Part shown: positions 9,680-18,776 of the stretch, piece after piece
Layout of the letters: each line of letters opens with the position of its first letter
Position numbering within the stretch: the stretch's first letter is position 1
IMG/VR virus record: IMGVR_UViG_3300011442_000021
Location: 1 to 31,542 of that record
Strand: one strand, 5' to 3'
DNA length: 31,542 nucleotides
Source: a virus
Taxonomy: Duplodnaviria; Caudoviricetes
Program-made: the position numbers and the translations under genes
Notes under the pieces: model-generated
What the model saw: the letters and a program-made list of their open reading frames with translations, nothing else
Databases searched by the model: none
What the model was told of the DNA's origin: nothing

Positions 9680-11002
9680 CTAATCTTGCATGAGATAATC
9701 CCTAGAGGATACTCCTTTTGGAATCTCACGCGCTTTGTCCTTATCAGTTTTTTGACCACTACTAGTGGATGAGGAGGTGGTTCTCCTAGTTGTGCTAACT
9801 GGTAAGGGACCTTTCTTATCACGTTCTTCACCATCATCTACGCGCTTACCCATTCCTTTTAATGCTTCGTTCCTTGCCTTTCTAATGACAGGTAACAGTA
9901 AGGTTTTGGCCTTGGACTTATAGGCTTGTTCAATTCTGTCCATTGAACCTTTACTGAAATTATCATTAAACGCTTTTTCCCATAGTCTGTCTAGAATTTG
10001 AGTAAATCGAGAATCTCTAGAAATAATATCCTCGAGATTTTCCATTGCATCTTGAATTGCTTTACCCTTAACGTAATCAGTCATTGAACCGCGTGGGTCA
10101 ATATTCTTATCAATGGTAGATTTCAGAATATTAGTAACACGACCTTCTAATGCTCCACCGTGGGATTCAAAATTGGATTGAAGAAGGTCCAATTCCCTTT
10201 TTTCTATTGCTGCTTCTTTATCATCTTTTTTTGTTTCCGGCTTGCTCATTCTAGTCGGAGGAGTATATGTTTTAGTTCCAAAGATGTATTCATTGACAAT
10301 TGACGCGGCCGCGAGAAATCTATCTTTTGTATCTTCATCACCAGAAGCATTACCATCATCAACCATACTTTTAATAGTATGCTTAATAATGTTTCCTACG
10401 ATATGATAGTAAGCACCCTCATCTACTCTTTGTAGAGCAGGTAAATAATTATCTACAATTTTATTAAATGCTTCCGCATCCCCATCTTTTACAGCTTGCA
10501 AAATGGATTGATGAGAACCACTAAGTAAATCCTGCTCATAAGAATCTAATAAGCCAGCTTTTTCAACTGCCTGTTGAGCATCTTCAATTGTTGGGAGAAT
10601 TTCAGCATATTTCTGTTCACGATAATATGCTTTTTCTAATCCGGGGAATTCCTTGAATAAATTAGGATACTTCGCTAGAATTTCCTTACGACGTTCGGGT
10701 GTAGTTAATGCTAATTTATCTTCATCAGGTTCTTCCAGTTCCTCTTCTAATTCATCCTCAAGTGATTTTTCTTTTTCTTCTTCAGTTCCTTCTTTATCTT
10801 CTTCAGGTTTATCTTCTTTATCTTTTTTAGTATCTTTTTCCAGTTCAATAGTTTCTGGGTCTTTATCATCATCCTCACCCATGAAATCTATAGTATCTTC
10901 TTTAGATAAAGTTTTATCTTCAATTGCTCCCTTATCTAAAGTTTCAGTAGGCGCAGAGAATGGAATTAAATTTAACTTATTGAGCAGTTTGAACACTTGC
11001 AT
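9680..11002 (-). CDS. Capsid scaffolding protein
   Basis: 440 aa with an acidic low-complexity N-terminal part, helical core and short C-terminal helix. Lies between portal and capsid genes. AAGGGG RBS. Confidence 0.7.
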   Translation of the reverse strand: MQVFKLLNKLNLIPFSAPTETLDKGAIEDKTLSKEDTIDFMGEDDDKDPETIELEKDTKKDKEDKPEEDKEGTEEEKEKSLEDELEEELEEPDEDKLALTTPERRKEILAKYPNLFKEFPGLEKAYYREQKYAEILPTIEDAQQAVEKAGLLDSYEQDLLSGSHQSILQAVKDGDAEAFNKIVDNYLPALQRVDEGAYYHIVGNIIKHTIKSMVDDGNASGDEDTKDRFLAAASIVNEYIFGTKTYTPPTRMSKPETKKDDKEAAIEKRELDLLQSNFESHGGALEGRVTNILKSTIDKNIDPRGSMTDYVKGKAIQDAMENLEDIISRDSRFTQILDRLWEKAFNDNFSKGSMDRIEQAYKSKAKTLLLPVIRKARNEALKGMGKRVDDGEERDKKGPLPVSTTRRTTSSSTSSGQKTDKDKAREIPKGVSSRDYLMQD

Positions 11003-13301
11003 TCCCCTTGGATAATGGTGATGGACTACCAGGCGCGGCTGCTTGTTGCTGTGGATTATTTGGGTTTGGTGGTATTTGAGATGCCATGCTCATTTGTATT
11101 TGTTCCATATGAGCTTTCATATGGAGTAAAACATTTTTATAACCTTGTGGGTTATCAATCTTTAATTGACGACCAGCAGATGAAACTAAATATCTACGGC
11201 AAATATCAGCTTCAATATCATGATTGTCTACATCTGGGTCAATTTCTACTGATGGTGCTTCTGTTTCAGTAGGTGGTGGCATTCCTTGTAATTGAGCAAA
11301 TTCAATAGCAATTGGGTCGGGGGGAATTATTATTGGTTCAGAATTAATTAGTTGTTGAATTTCCTCATATTGTTTTTGTCTATCATCCGCGCCCGGCACA
11401 GTGAAGTCTGATAATCCAATCGCGTCCGCGAGCATTTGTATATTTTCAGGAGATGATATAGTTTCTTGAACTTTTGGATTTTGATTTTCCAATAGTTGCA
11501 TGTATGTATCTTTTTTCTGCGACCATGTAAGTGGTAAATTCTCATTCGCTTCTAATTCAACACGGCCAATTTTTCCTTCTAGTTCAGCCTTGCGAATGAA
11601 TACGTTAATAAATCTACCCTGGTCATCTATCTCTACACTATGTTCATCTTCCTGAACTTCTTTAATATACATTGGAATTACTTTACCATATATGGATTTC
11701 CACCACATCGTAAAGATTTTCCAATTATTTTGTAATCTCTGTAGAGCCTGAGCACGACTCATTGAATATTCTGATGCAGTTCTTGAGCCAGATACCTGAC
11801 CACCAAATAAACTAGGTAATGCACCAGAAATAATTTGTCCAAGCTCCTGTATCTTAGCAAAAAATGGTAACACTTCCTGGCTAAGAGTAGCAGTTTTGGC
11901 TTCATGAAATGCTTCAGCTACCGTCTTACCAGTTCTAGGAATAGCAGGATATAATCCACCTGGGGTTACTTCAGTTTGTTTATATCTCTCGAAATTAATT
12001 ACAGCAGGGTCAGCAAATGTTTGTGGAATTCCATGTTCAATAGTTTGTAATATTAATGAAATCATATCATTTGTAATATCTTGGATACTTGTAAGTAATA
12101 ATCCTAATGGATCGTGATGAATATAATCCGATAGTGGATTAACAGTTAAAGTCCAGCAATCATCAAGACATTCATTTTCTGCATCCGCGAAACAATCATT
12201 TACGATAACTATTTTCGCTCCATCGGGAAATGCTTTCTTTAATTTCTGTGCATCTTCCGTAGGAAGAATATGATATGAAGATGGACGTTGCCAACAATTA
12301 CGAACTGTAACAGTTCCTGTTGGATATTCACCATGATACTGTGGACTTAATCTCGCCCATTGTTCATATGCATCATGTGGTCCACTACCCGAACTCGGTT
12401 TACCAGGCCCAAATTTATCCTGAAGATGTTCATACTTATCAACCGCATTTGTGTAATGTGTTTCATAATTCCAGTGAAGATATGGGATATCTTTTTGTTT
12501 CATTGCATAATTAGGAACTTTAACATATAATCCACCATAAACTTCGGTACATATACGCGATTTTGGTAACTTGGTAGTGCCAACTAATCGTGTTACAATT
12601 AATGTAGACTTTTGAAGCGCGGGGTCTAATGCAGTTAAACATTCGGGACATATCGGACCTTGTTCATCTATTATACTATGCGCGAGGATATCATCCTCAT
12701 CAGGCATGTATTCGTCCATCTCACGGTCAGACATTACTTCATCTGGAACATTTGCTTGACAATAAGGACACACAAAAGACTCTTCAGTATCCTCTTGATA
12801 TTTTTTCTTTTCATAGGTTCCATAATCTTCATCTTCTTTCACATAGGAATAACATGCAGTCATACCTTCTGTGCAAAAGATAAATAAAGCATGGAGCCAA
12901 AGTAATGGTGCATCATTATGTCTATATATTAAATCTGCTATCTTATCACCAGCCTTAGCAGTAGATAAATCCAGGGGATTATCAGCATCGTCAGGAAAAC
13001 ACTTAATAGAAGGAACTGTGATTGATAAGGCAGCAATAATACTTTCGAGATAAGCGCGGAAAACATTGACTGGTTTGTCATAATATGATTGGTCATTCTC
13101 AGAATTAGTAATGTTGTCATCCCATATACGCCAATCATGGGCCACTTCACTATACCAAACTCTTTGAAAACCTTCCCAAACTAATTTTAATCTACGCCAT
13201 GTTCTTAATTGACGTTCACGCGCAGGTCTATCTTCCTGGTCAAAATGGTCTGCAACTTGTTTCAGAAGAATTTGAATATCTTCTGGAATTGGTTTCTTCA
13301 T
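10977..13301 (-). CDS. Portal protein (P22-like) with inserted Zn-ribbon
   Basis: 774 aa between TerL and scaffold. NVFRAYLESIIAALS, GQVSGSRTASEYSMSRAQALQRL and a Q/P-rich tail. CPYC...CPEC insertion. Confidence 0.85.
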   Translation of the reverse strand: MKKPIPEDIQILLKQVADHFDQEDRPARERQLRTWRRLKLVWEGFQRVWYSEVAHDWRIWDDNITNSENDQSYYDKPVNVFRAYLESIIAALSITVPSIKCFPDDADNPLDLSTAKAGDKIADLIYRHNDAPLLWLHALFIFCTEGMTACYSYVKEDEDYGTYEKKKYQEDTEESFVCPYCQANVPDEVMSDREMDEYMPDEDDILAHSIIDEQGPICPECLTALDPALQKSTLIVTRLVGTTKLPKSRICTEVYGGLYVKVPNYAMKQKDIPYLHWNYETHYTNAVDKYEHLQDKFGPGKPSSGSGPHDAYEQWARLSPQYHGEYPTGTVTVRNCWQRPSSYHILPTEDAQKLKKAFPDGAKIVIVNDCFADAENECLDDCWTLTVNPLSDYIHHDPLGLLLTSIQDITNDMISLILQTIEHGIPQTFADPAVINFERYKQTEVTPGGLYPAIPRTGKTVAEAFHEAKTATLSQEVLPFFAKIQELGQIISGALPSLFGGQVSGSRTASEYSMSRAQALQRLQNNWKIFTMWWKSIYGKVIPMYIKEVQEDEHSVEIDDQGRFINVFIRKAELEGKIGRVELEANENLPLTWSQKKDTYMQLLENQNPKVQETISSPENIQMLADAIGLSDFTVPGADDRQKQYEEIQQLINSEPIIIPPDPIAIEFAQLQGMPPPTETEAPSVEIDPDVDNHDIEADICRRYLVSSAGRQLKIDNPQGYKNVLLHMKAHMEQIQMSMASQIPPNPNNPQQQAAAPGSPSPLSKGNASVQTAQ

Positions 13302-13310
13302 TATTTAATA

Positions 13311-13475
13311 CTACTTGACGTTATGCTTCTTCTTTACAGAATCAGAAGGCCCAGTCATTTTTCTTTTATTTGCAGTAGCATAGAATACTTGTTTACCTTT
13401 TTTATCACCATATTCCTTAGTCATATTAGCCATGACCTTATCACCACTACCTTTATAATAACCTGATACTGGCAT
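13311..13475 (-). CDS. Small basic phage protein (YGxKKGxxVFYA type)
   Basis: Not in the ORF track. 54 aa, MPVSGYYKGSGDKVMANMTKEYGDKKGKQVFYATANKRKMTGPSDSVKKKHNVK. Fills the gap upstream of the portal. Confidence 0.8.
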   Translation of the reverse strand: MPVSGYYKGSGDKVMANMTKEYGDKKGKQVFYATANKRKMTGPSDSVKKKHNVK

Positions 13476-13477
13476 GA

Positions 13478-13753
13478 TTAATCCCCGCCAGTAGCTTTCA
13501 CATATGCATCAAATGGATTATACTTCTTCTTAGCTTTCTTAACTCGACTAAAGATACTACCTGAATCTTCTTCAGATGAATCATCGGCCGCGATAGGTTT
13601 AGCTAAGCGCGGTTTACTCATTGCAGCTTCTACACCAGCTCTATCTGAAGCGCGTTCTTCAGCAGGTGAAGGAAGATTAATATCTTCACCTTTCTTTTTC
13701 TTTTGACCGAATACTCTTTCAAGAAATCCTGGTGACGGCCCCGTTTGACCCAT
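13478..13753 (-). CDS. Hypothetical charged protein
   Basis: Track ORF 13478-13771. ATG at 13753 has an AAGGA RBS and is the likelier start. Confidence 0.65.
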   Translation of the reverse strand: MGQTGPSPGFLERVFGQKKKKGEDINLPSPAEERASDRAGVEAAMSKPRLAKPIAADDSSEEDSGSIFSRVKKAKKKYNPFDAYVKATGGD

Positions 13754-14108
13754 TGTTTGTTTCCTTTTCATCAGAAACTATTTTTAATTCTTTCTCTAAT
13801 TCCTCTATATCTTTTCTATCTTTTTCAGCTTTTTTCATTAATTCGGCTTTAACTCTATCTTCCTGTTCCAACATTTGCCGACGAACATTCCAAGGCATAT
13901 GCTTTGAAAATACTGGTTTGAATTCTTCTGACTGAACTGGAATAGTTTCAGGAACTTTACCAAAATTCAAAACAGCTTCAAGTAATTGCTGTCTTTCGTA
14001 GTTAGCTTGAGTTAATTGTGCTCTAAGTGTAATACAAGAGATACATTCCTTCTCTGCCTGGCAATCAGGACAGTGAGGATTGAATAAATGATGGAAAAAT
14101 TTGAACAT
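13719..14108 (-). CDS. Hypothetical protein with Cys cluster and coiled coil
   Basis: 129 aa, HCPDC...CISC followed by heptad-like helices. Directly after TerL. Confidence 0.7.
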   Translation of the reverse strand: MFKFFHHLFNPHCPDCQAEKECISCITLRAQLTQANYERQQLLEAVLNFGKVPETIPVQSEEFKPVFSKHMPWNVRRQMLEQEDRVKAELMKKAEKDRKDIEELEKELKIVSDEKETNNGSNGAVTRIS

Positions 14109-14109
14109 A

Positions 14110-15792
14110 TTATCTTCGTCGGTGATGAAATCTAGATACAGCTAATACTTCATTATTAGATTCTACAGTTCTCATGTTCCTATAGAATGCAGTAAAGTCA
14201 CCAGTTGAAGTTAATCGTCTTAATAGTTCTTCTTGGCGTTCAATCTTTTTGAATTCATCAGCAGCTTCTTCAAAAAATCTTTCAGCTGAATCACATGCAT
14301 ATCGCAAATCATCATAGGGGTCATCCCCCTCAAATTCAGCGACATCTTCAGCTGGTTTATTATTCTTAGGCTTATCATATGAACAAGCCTTAATAGAATC
14401 TACCATAATAGGACAACAGTTAGGATGAGCATCGTGATGTTCGTCCTCGCACTTGAAGATTTGTAATCTTGGTATATTTGTTTCTTCTTCAGGTGGGTCA
14501 AACAAACGAAGGTAAGCCTTATATTCTATTAATCCTTTATTTCGTAATAGCCATCGCGCTCGTTCCTCATCGAATATTAACATCTCATTCTGTGGAAGGG
14601 GTGGCTTTTGCTTCCATCTTATATATTCATGGATTAACATCTTGCCAGCTACGCGTGAACCAGATGCATTGTTACTTAATTCAATAGGTTGCCCTAACTC
14701 CTCAGATATTTGTTGAGCGATAGTATGTTCTTGTCCCCTATCTTGTCCTGCTGATTTACAGAATTTGATAACTCTAGGATTTTCTTTATCGGCGAACCCT
14801 CTAACGATTGGTGCCCATTCAGAAATCTTCGTTTTAAGCCAATTAAGTTCTCTATAAAGGTAGAGACGTTTGGAAGGACTAATTGCATAGAAACCTATAT
14901 AGGTCATTGCGGCAAAACCCCAATCACCTATAATCATTTTGGGCCACCAATGAGGAATTTCAAATGGTGGCACACAATGTAATGCGTTATCAGGTTCATC
15001 AGGATACTTCTTATCCCTGAATTCATCGAATACCTGACCTAAGTATGCAGACCAATCACCAAATTTCTTAGCTTTACGTTCAGCATCAGGTCGTCCATCT
15101 AATGATTGTGCATATGTTGGGTCAATATGGTCTACGTTATCAGCTAATGTTGCATGAACATAAATTCGCTTATTACCACCGCGCCCAACTATAATCTTTC
15201 CACCAGCAGGATAGGGGTCTACAAATCGTTTCTTAACGAACGTATGTCCAATTCCTCCTGGCATTCCAGCACCCCTAGTAATGCTAGGTAAACCAGAATC
15301 TTTAGGAGCACGATTTCGTTCGAAAGCAATATACAGATATATATACTCAGTAAGAGAAGTAACTTCATCCGGTGTAAAGAGCGATATTTCCATTGAGTCA
15401 TATTGATGAACATTCTTTTCTTCCTCACAATGGCCTAGTAAAATCATTGCACCAGAGTTTGAACTTAATTCACGCGCTCCAAATTGGTCCTCGCGTGGAA
15501 AAGTCCATGCCATATCAGTCTTATTAAAGGTAGCTCCGAACTTAGGAAATATTTCCCGGCTGCGTGGAACTATTTCATTCTTTAATTCAGGGAATGTGCG
15601 ACGCATGAATACCTGTTTGAATCTTGGGTTTTCATGCCACTTGTGGACAATACCATATACAAGTAATACGTCTGATTTACCTGAGCCAGCCCCACCACCA
15701 TAGAAAGCTTCTTTAATCGTAACAGGTATTGAGAGAAAGACTTCCTGTTTACGATTGGCTCGCCAGCTATTTTTATCAAGAATAGTTCCCAT
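14110..15792 (-). CDS. terL: Terminase large subunit
   Basis: Walker A GGGAGSGKS, MRRTFPEL, Walker B FTPDE, xxPGG coupling motif, and nuclease motifs GDWGF and DDPYDDLRY. Confidence 0.95.
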   Translation of the reverse strand: MGTILDKNSWRANRKQEVFLSIPVTIKEAFYGGGAGSGKSDVLLVYGIVHKWHENPRFKQVFMRRTFPELKNEIVPRSREIFPKFGATFNKTDMAWTFPREDQFGARELSSNSGAMILLGHCEEEKNVHQYDSMEISLFTPDEVTSLTEYIYLYIAFERNRAPKDSGLPSITRGAGMPGGIGHTFVKKRFVDPYPAGGKIIVGRGGNKRIYVHATLADNVDHIDPTYAQSLDGRPDAERKAKKFGDWSAYLGQVFDEFRDKKYPDEPDNALHCVPPFEIPHWWPKMIIGDWGFAAMTYIGFYAISPSKRLYLYRELNWLKTKISEWAPIVRGFADKENPRVIKFCKSAGQDRGQEHTIAQQISEELGQPIELSNNASGSRVAGKMLIHEYIRWKQKPPLPQNEMLIFDEERARWLLRNKGLIEYKAYLRLFDPPEEETNIPRLQIFKCEDEHHDAHPNCCPIMVDSIKACSYDKPKNNKPAEDVAEFEGDDPYDDLRYACDSAERFFEEAADEFKKIERQEELLRRLTSTGDFTAFYRNMRTVESNNEVLAVSRFHHRRR

Positions 15793-16466
15793 TAGGTTTC
15801 AACTAATATAGATTGGGGCTGGACTACATTAATGACTTCATCACCATCAGTATCTATGGCTGTGTGCCATACACCACCAATGTTATGAGGCCAATATGTA
15901 GCCAGCCCTATATGACCTATTGGTAAATCTAGGTCACAGTAAATTCTAAATCCGGCGGCCCGCGCACGTTTACAGAACCCAATATCTTCACTACGTCTAT
16001 CGGGCCTAAATTCACCGAGTCTAATGTATGGTCTTTCCAATAAATTAAATACTCTAGTTCTAACAAGAGTAAATCCAAATCCCGTAGCATCAACTTCCAA
16101 TAACCCTTTTTCATTGTCTCTTAATAATCGCCTAACGTATTTACCATCTTCAAAATTAAATATTACTGGGGGATGGGGATATGTTCGTTTTAAGAAAAGA
16201 CCTGATACTATATCTTTATCGGCCGCGAGTAATTGTGTTAGTGCATGATTAGGAAATCCCATGTCATCATCTACAAACAAAATGTGACTACATTCAGTTC
16301 CTAATGCTTCATTAATAATTAGATTACGATTAAATGCACCTGAGTTTGTATGAAAGGATTTACCTATAGTTCCTTCAGGCTTATCCATATTCTGCATGTA
16401 ATCATAGAACACCGGACATCTAACGCCATCAGATGTTGGAACTCCTATGAAAACTTTAGTAATCAT
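15792..16466 (-). CDS. Glycosyltransferase family 2 (GT-A fold)
   Basis: KVFIGVPT, RNLIINEAL, DxD motif LFVDDD, ATGFGFTLV, SEDIGFC and IGH. TAATG-coupled to terL. Confidence 0.9.
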   Translation of the reverse strand: MITKVFIGVPTSDGVRCPVFYDYMQNMDKPEGTIGKSFHTNSGAFNRNLIINEALGTECSHILFVDDDMGFPNHALTQLLAADKDIVSGLFLKRTYPHPPVIFNFEDGKYVRRLLRDNEKGLLEVDATGFGFTLVRTRVFNLLERPYIRLGEFRPDRRSEDIGFCKRARAAGFRIYCDLDLPIGHIGLATYWPHNIGGVWHTAIDTDGDEVINVVQPQSILVET

Positions 16467-16693
16467 AATTCTGTAACTGTTATCTTTTCTAAGTCTAAAT
16501 TATTCATTAAAATTACTCCAATATCTTTATTCTCATATCTTATTTCAAATATATGCCAAGTTCTTTCACCAGTTACAAATCCTAAATATATTCCTGCGAG
16601 TGTATTAGGTTGACCAAATGTTTTATGGGTATTATCCCAATCTGCATTATGTAAATTTGAAAGTGAATAAACTTTATTAACTTCTAAACTCAA
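16463..16693 (-). CDS. Hypothetical protein
   Basis: 76 aa, TTG start, 4-nt overlaps with both neighbours. Confidence 0.6.
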   Translation of the reverse strand: MSLEVNKVYSLSNLHNADWDNTHKTFGQPNTLAGIYLGFVTGERTWHIFEIRYENKDIGVILMNNLDLEKITVTEL

Positions 16694-17046
16694 CTTTTCT
16701 TTTCGGGCTTTAATAATTGTTTATTAAATTCACTAGCTAAATTATCATGTCGAGTATTTAATATTGAAGTTAAAGTTTTAATTGTTTCTTGTAATGCTAC
16801 ATTATGTCCAATTGCTATAGATAATTCATTTTTTATTGCAGCAAAATTTCCATTCACACTATGTGCAGAAGTCTCAGTAATTTCTTTAATACTATCTGTT
16901 TTCTTTTCTATGGATTCTGTTTTTTCAGTTATTACAGTTGCTTTTTTTCCATTTGTTTTTCCAACACGCCATGCTGCTAGTGCTGCGATAGTAGCTGGTA
17001 ATCCAGTTAATCCGGCTACTACTATTGCAGTAATATCAACAGTCAT
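16690..17046 (-). CDS. Single-pass membrane protein with coiled coil (holin/lysis accessory candidate)
   Basis: N-terminal hydrophobic segment ITAIVVAGLTGLPATIAALAAW, then basic residues and heptad repeats. Confidence 0.65.
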   Translation of the reverse strand: MTVDITAIVVAGLTGLPATIAALAAWRVGKTNGKKATVITEKTESIEKKTDSIKEITETSAHSVNGNFAAIKNELSIAIGHNVALQETIKTLTSILNTRHDNLASEFNKQLLKPEKKS

Positions 17047-17048
17047 GT

Positions 17049-17285
17049 TTATATGGTTACAAATCTAACTTGAGCACCTCCAACCGTATCGCGTATGAAC
17101 ATACCTGCACATTCCCCTTGTCCAGCCGCGTCAAAGATTGGAAGTAACCAGGTTGTGCCATCATTCGATAACTGAATATTAGCGAATGGTTGTGCTCGCA
17201 TTAAACATCTACGTGTGGGAGTAGCATACTGCACATTCTGAACTAATGTATTAACTGGTCCACAACTCAATTGAATTGTTGGCAT
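17049..17285 (-). CDS. Small beta-rich hypothetical protein
   Basis: 78 aa with IQLSNDGTTW. GGGAG RBS. Confidence 0.7.
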   Translation of the reverse strand: MPTIQLSCGPVNTLVQNVQYATPTRRCLMRAQPFANIQLSNDGTTWLLPIFDAAGQGECAGMFIRDTVGGAQVRFVTI

Positions 17286-17288
17286 TGA

Positions 17289-17447
17289 CTAAACTCCCGC
17301 TTGAGAAGTGGGAAATATTTTCTTTTGCTGTGGTTTCTTTTTTAATCCAGGTGGCATTACTTTATTCACAGCTCCTACTGCACCTCCACCAACTTTTTTG
17401 ATTCCTTTATTAATAGAACCAAAGATAGACTTAAGCCCACCAAACAT
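17289..17447 (-). CDS. Small cationic amphipathic peptide
   Basis: Not in the ORF track. 52 aa, MFGGLKSIFGSINKGIKKVGGGAVGAVNKVMPPGLKKKPQQKKIFPTSQAGV. GAGGT RBS. Fills the gap between neighbours. Confidence 0.75.
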   Translation of the reverse strand: MFGGLKSIFGSINKGIKKVGGGAVGAVNKVMPPGLKKKPQQKKIFPTSQAGV

Positions 17448-17458
17448 AAACTACCTCA

Positions 17459-17641
17459 CTACTTCATTGTCATTCGGCCAGTTTGAATCTTACCTTTTCC
17501 TTTTAGTTTTACTAATTTGCTTGCACCCTTCTTTGATGCAATACCTTGTGATTTAAGTGACCTATCTTTAGTGAGTCCAGCTTGAACCGCTTTATCGGCC
17601 GGACGTTTTATGGAACCAAACAAAGATTTTAATGCCATCAT
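17459..17641 (-). CDS. Small cationic amphipathic peptide, paralogue of 17289-17447
   Basis: 60 aa, MMALKSLFGSIKR..., with 16 K/R against 2 D. Confidence 0.7.
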   Translation of the reverse strand: MMALKSLFGSIKRPADKAVQAGLTKDRSLKSQGIASKKGASKLVKLKGKGKIQTGRMTMK

Positions 17642-17696
17642 TACAACCTATATATACATCGTCTTTCAACGATATATATTCTTGTTGCGCCTACTC

Positions 17697-18053
17697 CTAC
17701 CGAATACGCGGGTTCAACGGCGCATTGGGCCGCGCTAACACCAAAGGGACTGAACGTGGACTTTCACCAAGCACTACATCTTTGAATGTAACTTCTAGTG
17801 TTTGATTACCAGTAGGGGTAAGCGCGGCAGAAATATTTGGTAATGGAGAAGTGCAGGTAGTTAATGCTCCAACTACTGTGCAAGTATGTGTCATTGGAAA
17901 TGCAGTTCCATTTACATATAACACACTGGTCCATGAGTTAGCAATAGTAACTGTAGTTGCTGTATCGAAGAATACAGTTGCAGTTCCCTGTGCTTGACTT
18001 GGTGTTTGAAACAATAAAAGGAGTAAACTACTCGTTAACAATAATCGTTTCAA
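17697..18053 (-). CDS. Secreted Ig/Fn3-like protein with Sec signal peptide
   Basis: Signal peptide MKRLLLTSSLLLLLFQTPSQA (TTG start). Beta-sandwich with two Cys, ending GESPRS...PNAPLNPRIR. AAGGAAG RBS. Confidence 0.75.
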   Translation of the reverse strand: MKRLLLTSSLLLLLFQTPSQAQGTATVFFDTATTVTIANSWTSVLYVNGTAFPMTHTCTVVGALTTCTSPLPNISAALTPTGNQTLEVTFKDVVLGESPRSVPLVLARPNAPLNPRIR

Positions 18054-18579
18054 AATGTTCTTCCTTTCTAAACTGTGGTGAATAAAATATAAACTGTGGT
18101 CCTGAGTCTTTACCTTCTCGCGCCTGTTCGGGTTCCATATCCTTAACGATACCTGACATATCTTTTGCTATTGAGGATATATCTTTTAGTTTAGCTTCCT
18201 TTAATTTCTCAGGAGTGATTTCATTAAGTGCAAGAACTAATCTGTTCTGTGCTTTCTTGCTTATTCGTTCTTTAGTTCTATTGATGTGGTCTTTAATACT
18301 TGATTTAGAATCATCATAACTCGCTGTGCTCGTTGCACCATTTCCATATGCACTAACCGATGAAGAACTTATTCCAAATTGTTTAGCGAGTGCAAGAGCA
18401 TCTTTTCTTCCATCGATTTCATTTACCTCACCAATAATCTTTCTTAAACTATCGGGGACTTCCACGTTTCCATTTCCACGTCCCTTAATGATATCAACTA
18501 CTACACCCTCTTTAACTACAGGAGTAATCTTACTTACCTCTGTTTCAAATTCTTTATCGTCAACAACACCTATTGCCAT
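18028..18579 (-). CDS. Probable terminase small subunit (HTH)
   Basis: Start corrected to ATG 18579 (MAIGVVDD). HTH-like ALAKQFGISSSSVSAY, two helices and a C-terminal strand GPQFIFYSP. Near the start of the late operon. Confidence 0.55.
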   Translation of the reverse strand: MAIGVVDDKEFETEVSKITPVVKEGVVVDIIKGRGNGNVEVPDSLRKIIGEVNEIDGRKDALALAKQFGISSSSVSAYGNGATSTASYDDSKSSIKDHINRTKERISKKAQNRLVLALNEITPEKLKEAKLKDISSIAKDMSGIVKDMEPEQAREGKDSGPQFIFYSPQFRKEEHFETIIVNE

Positions 18580-18580
18580 A

Positions 18581-18772
18581 TTATCCACGCCAAGGAACTG
18601 CTGGTCCCCAAAGAATATATGCAAGTGCAACTACACCTGCACATAATTTAACGAGCGCGAATGCATTAGCAGCTAATGGAATACCTAAAGTAGAAAGTAA
18701 CAAAGGAAAGGCGTAGATGAAGATAAAGAAAGCAACTAGAGCGATGATTGTTCGTATGGCGTATTGAGCCAT
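18581..18772 (-). CDS. Two-TM membrane protein (holin candidate)
   Basis: 63 aa with two hydrophobic helices. AAGGA RBS. Confidence 0.7.
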   Translation of the reverse strand: MAQYAIRTIIALVAFFIFIYAFPLLLSTLGIPLAANAFALVKLCAGVVALAYILWGPAVPWRG

Positions 18773-18776
18773 TTAA

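Noticed and set aside
10653-11015. Ser-rich plus-strand ORF
   Set aside because: Antisense shadow of the E/D/K-rich scaffold N-terminus.
307-18646. Other short plus-strand and nested out-of-frame ORFs in the left arm (e.g. 307-513, 5662-5988, 13209-13466, 17308-17556, 18326-18646)
   Set aside because: They overlap well-supported minus-strand genes and have no recognisable motifs.
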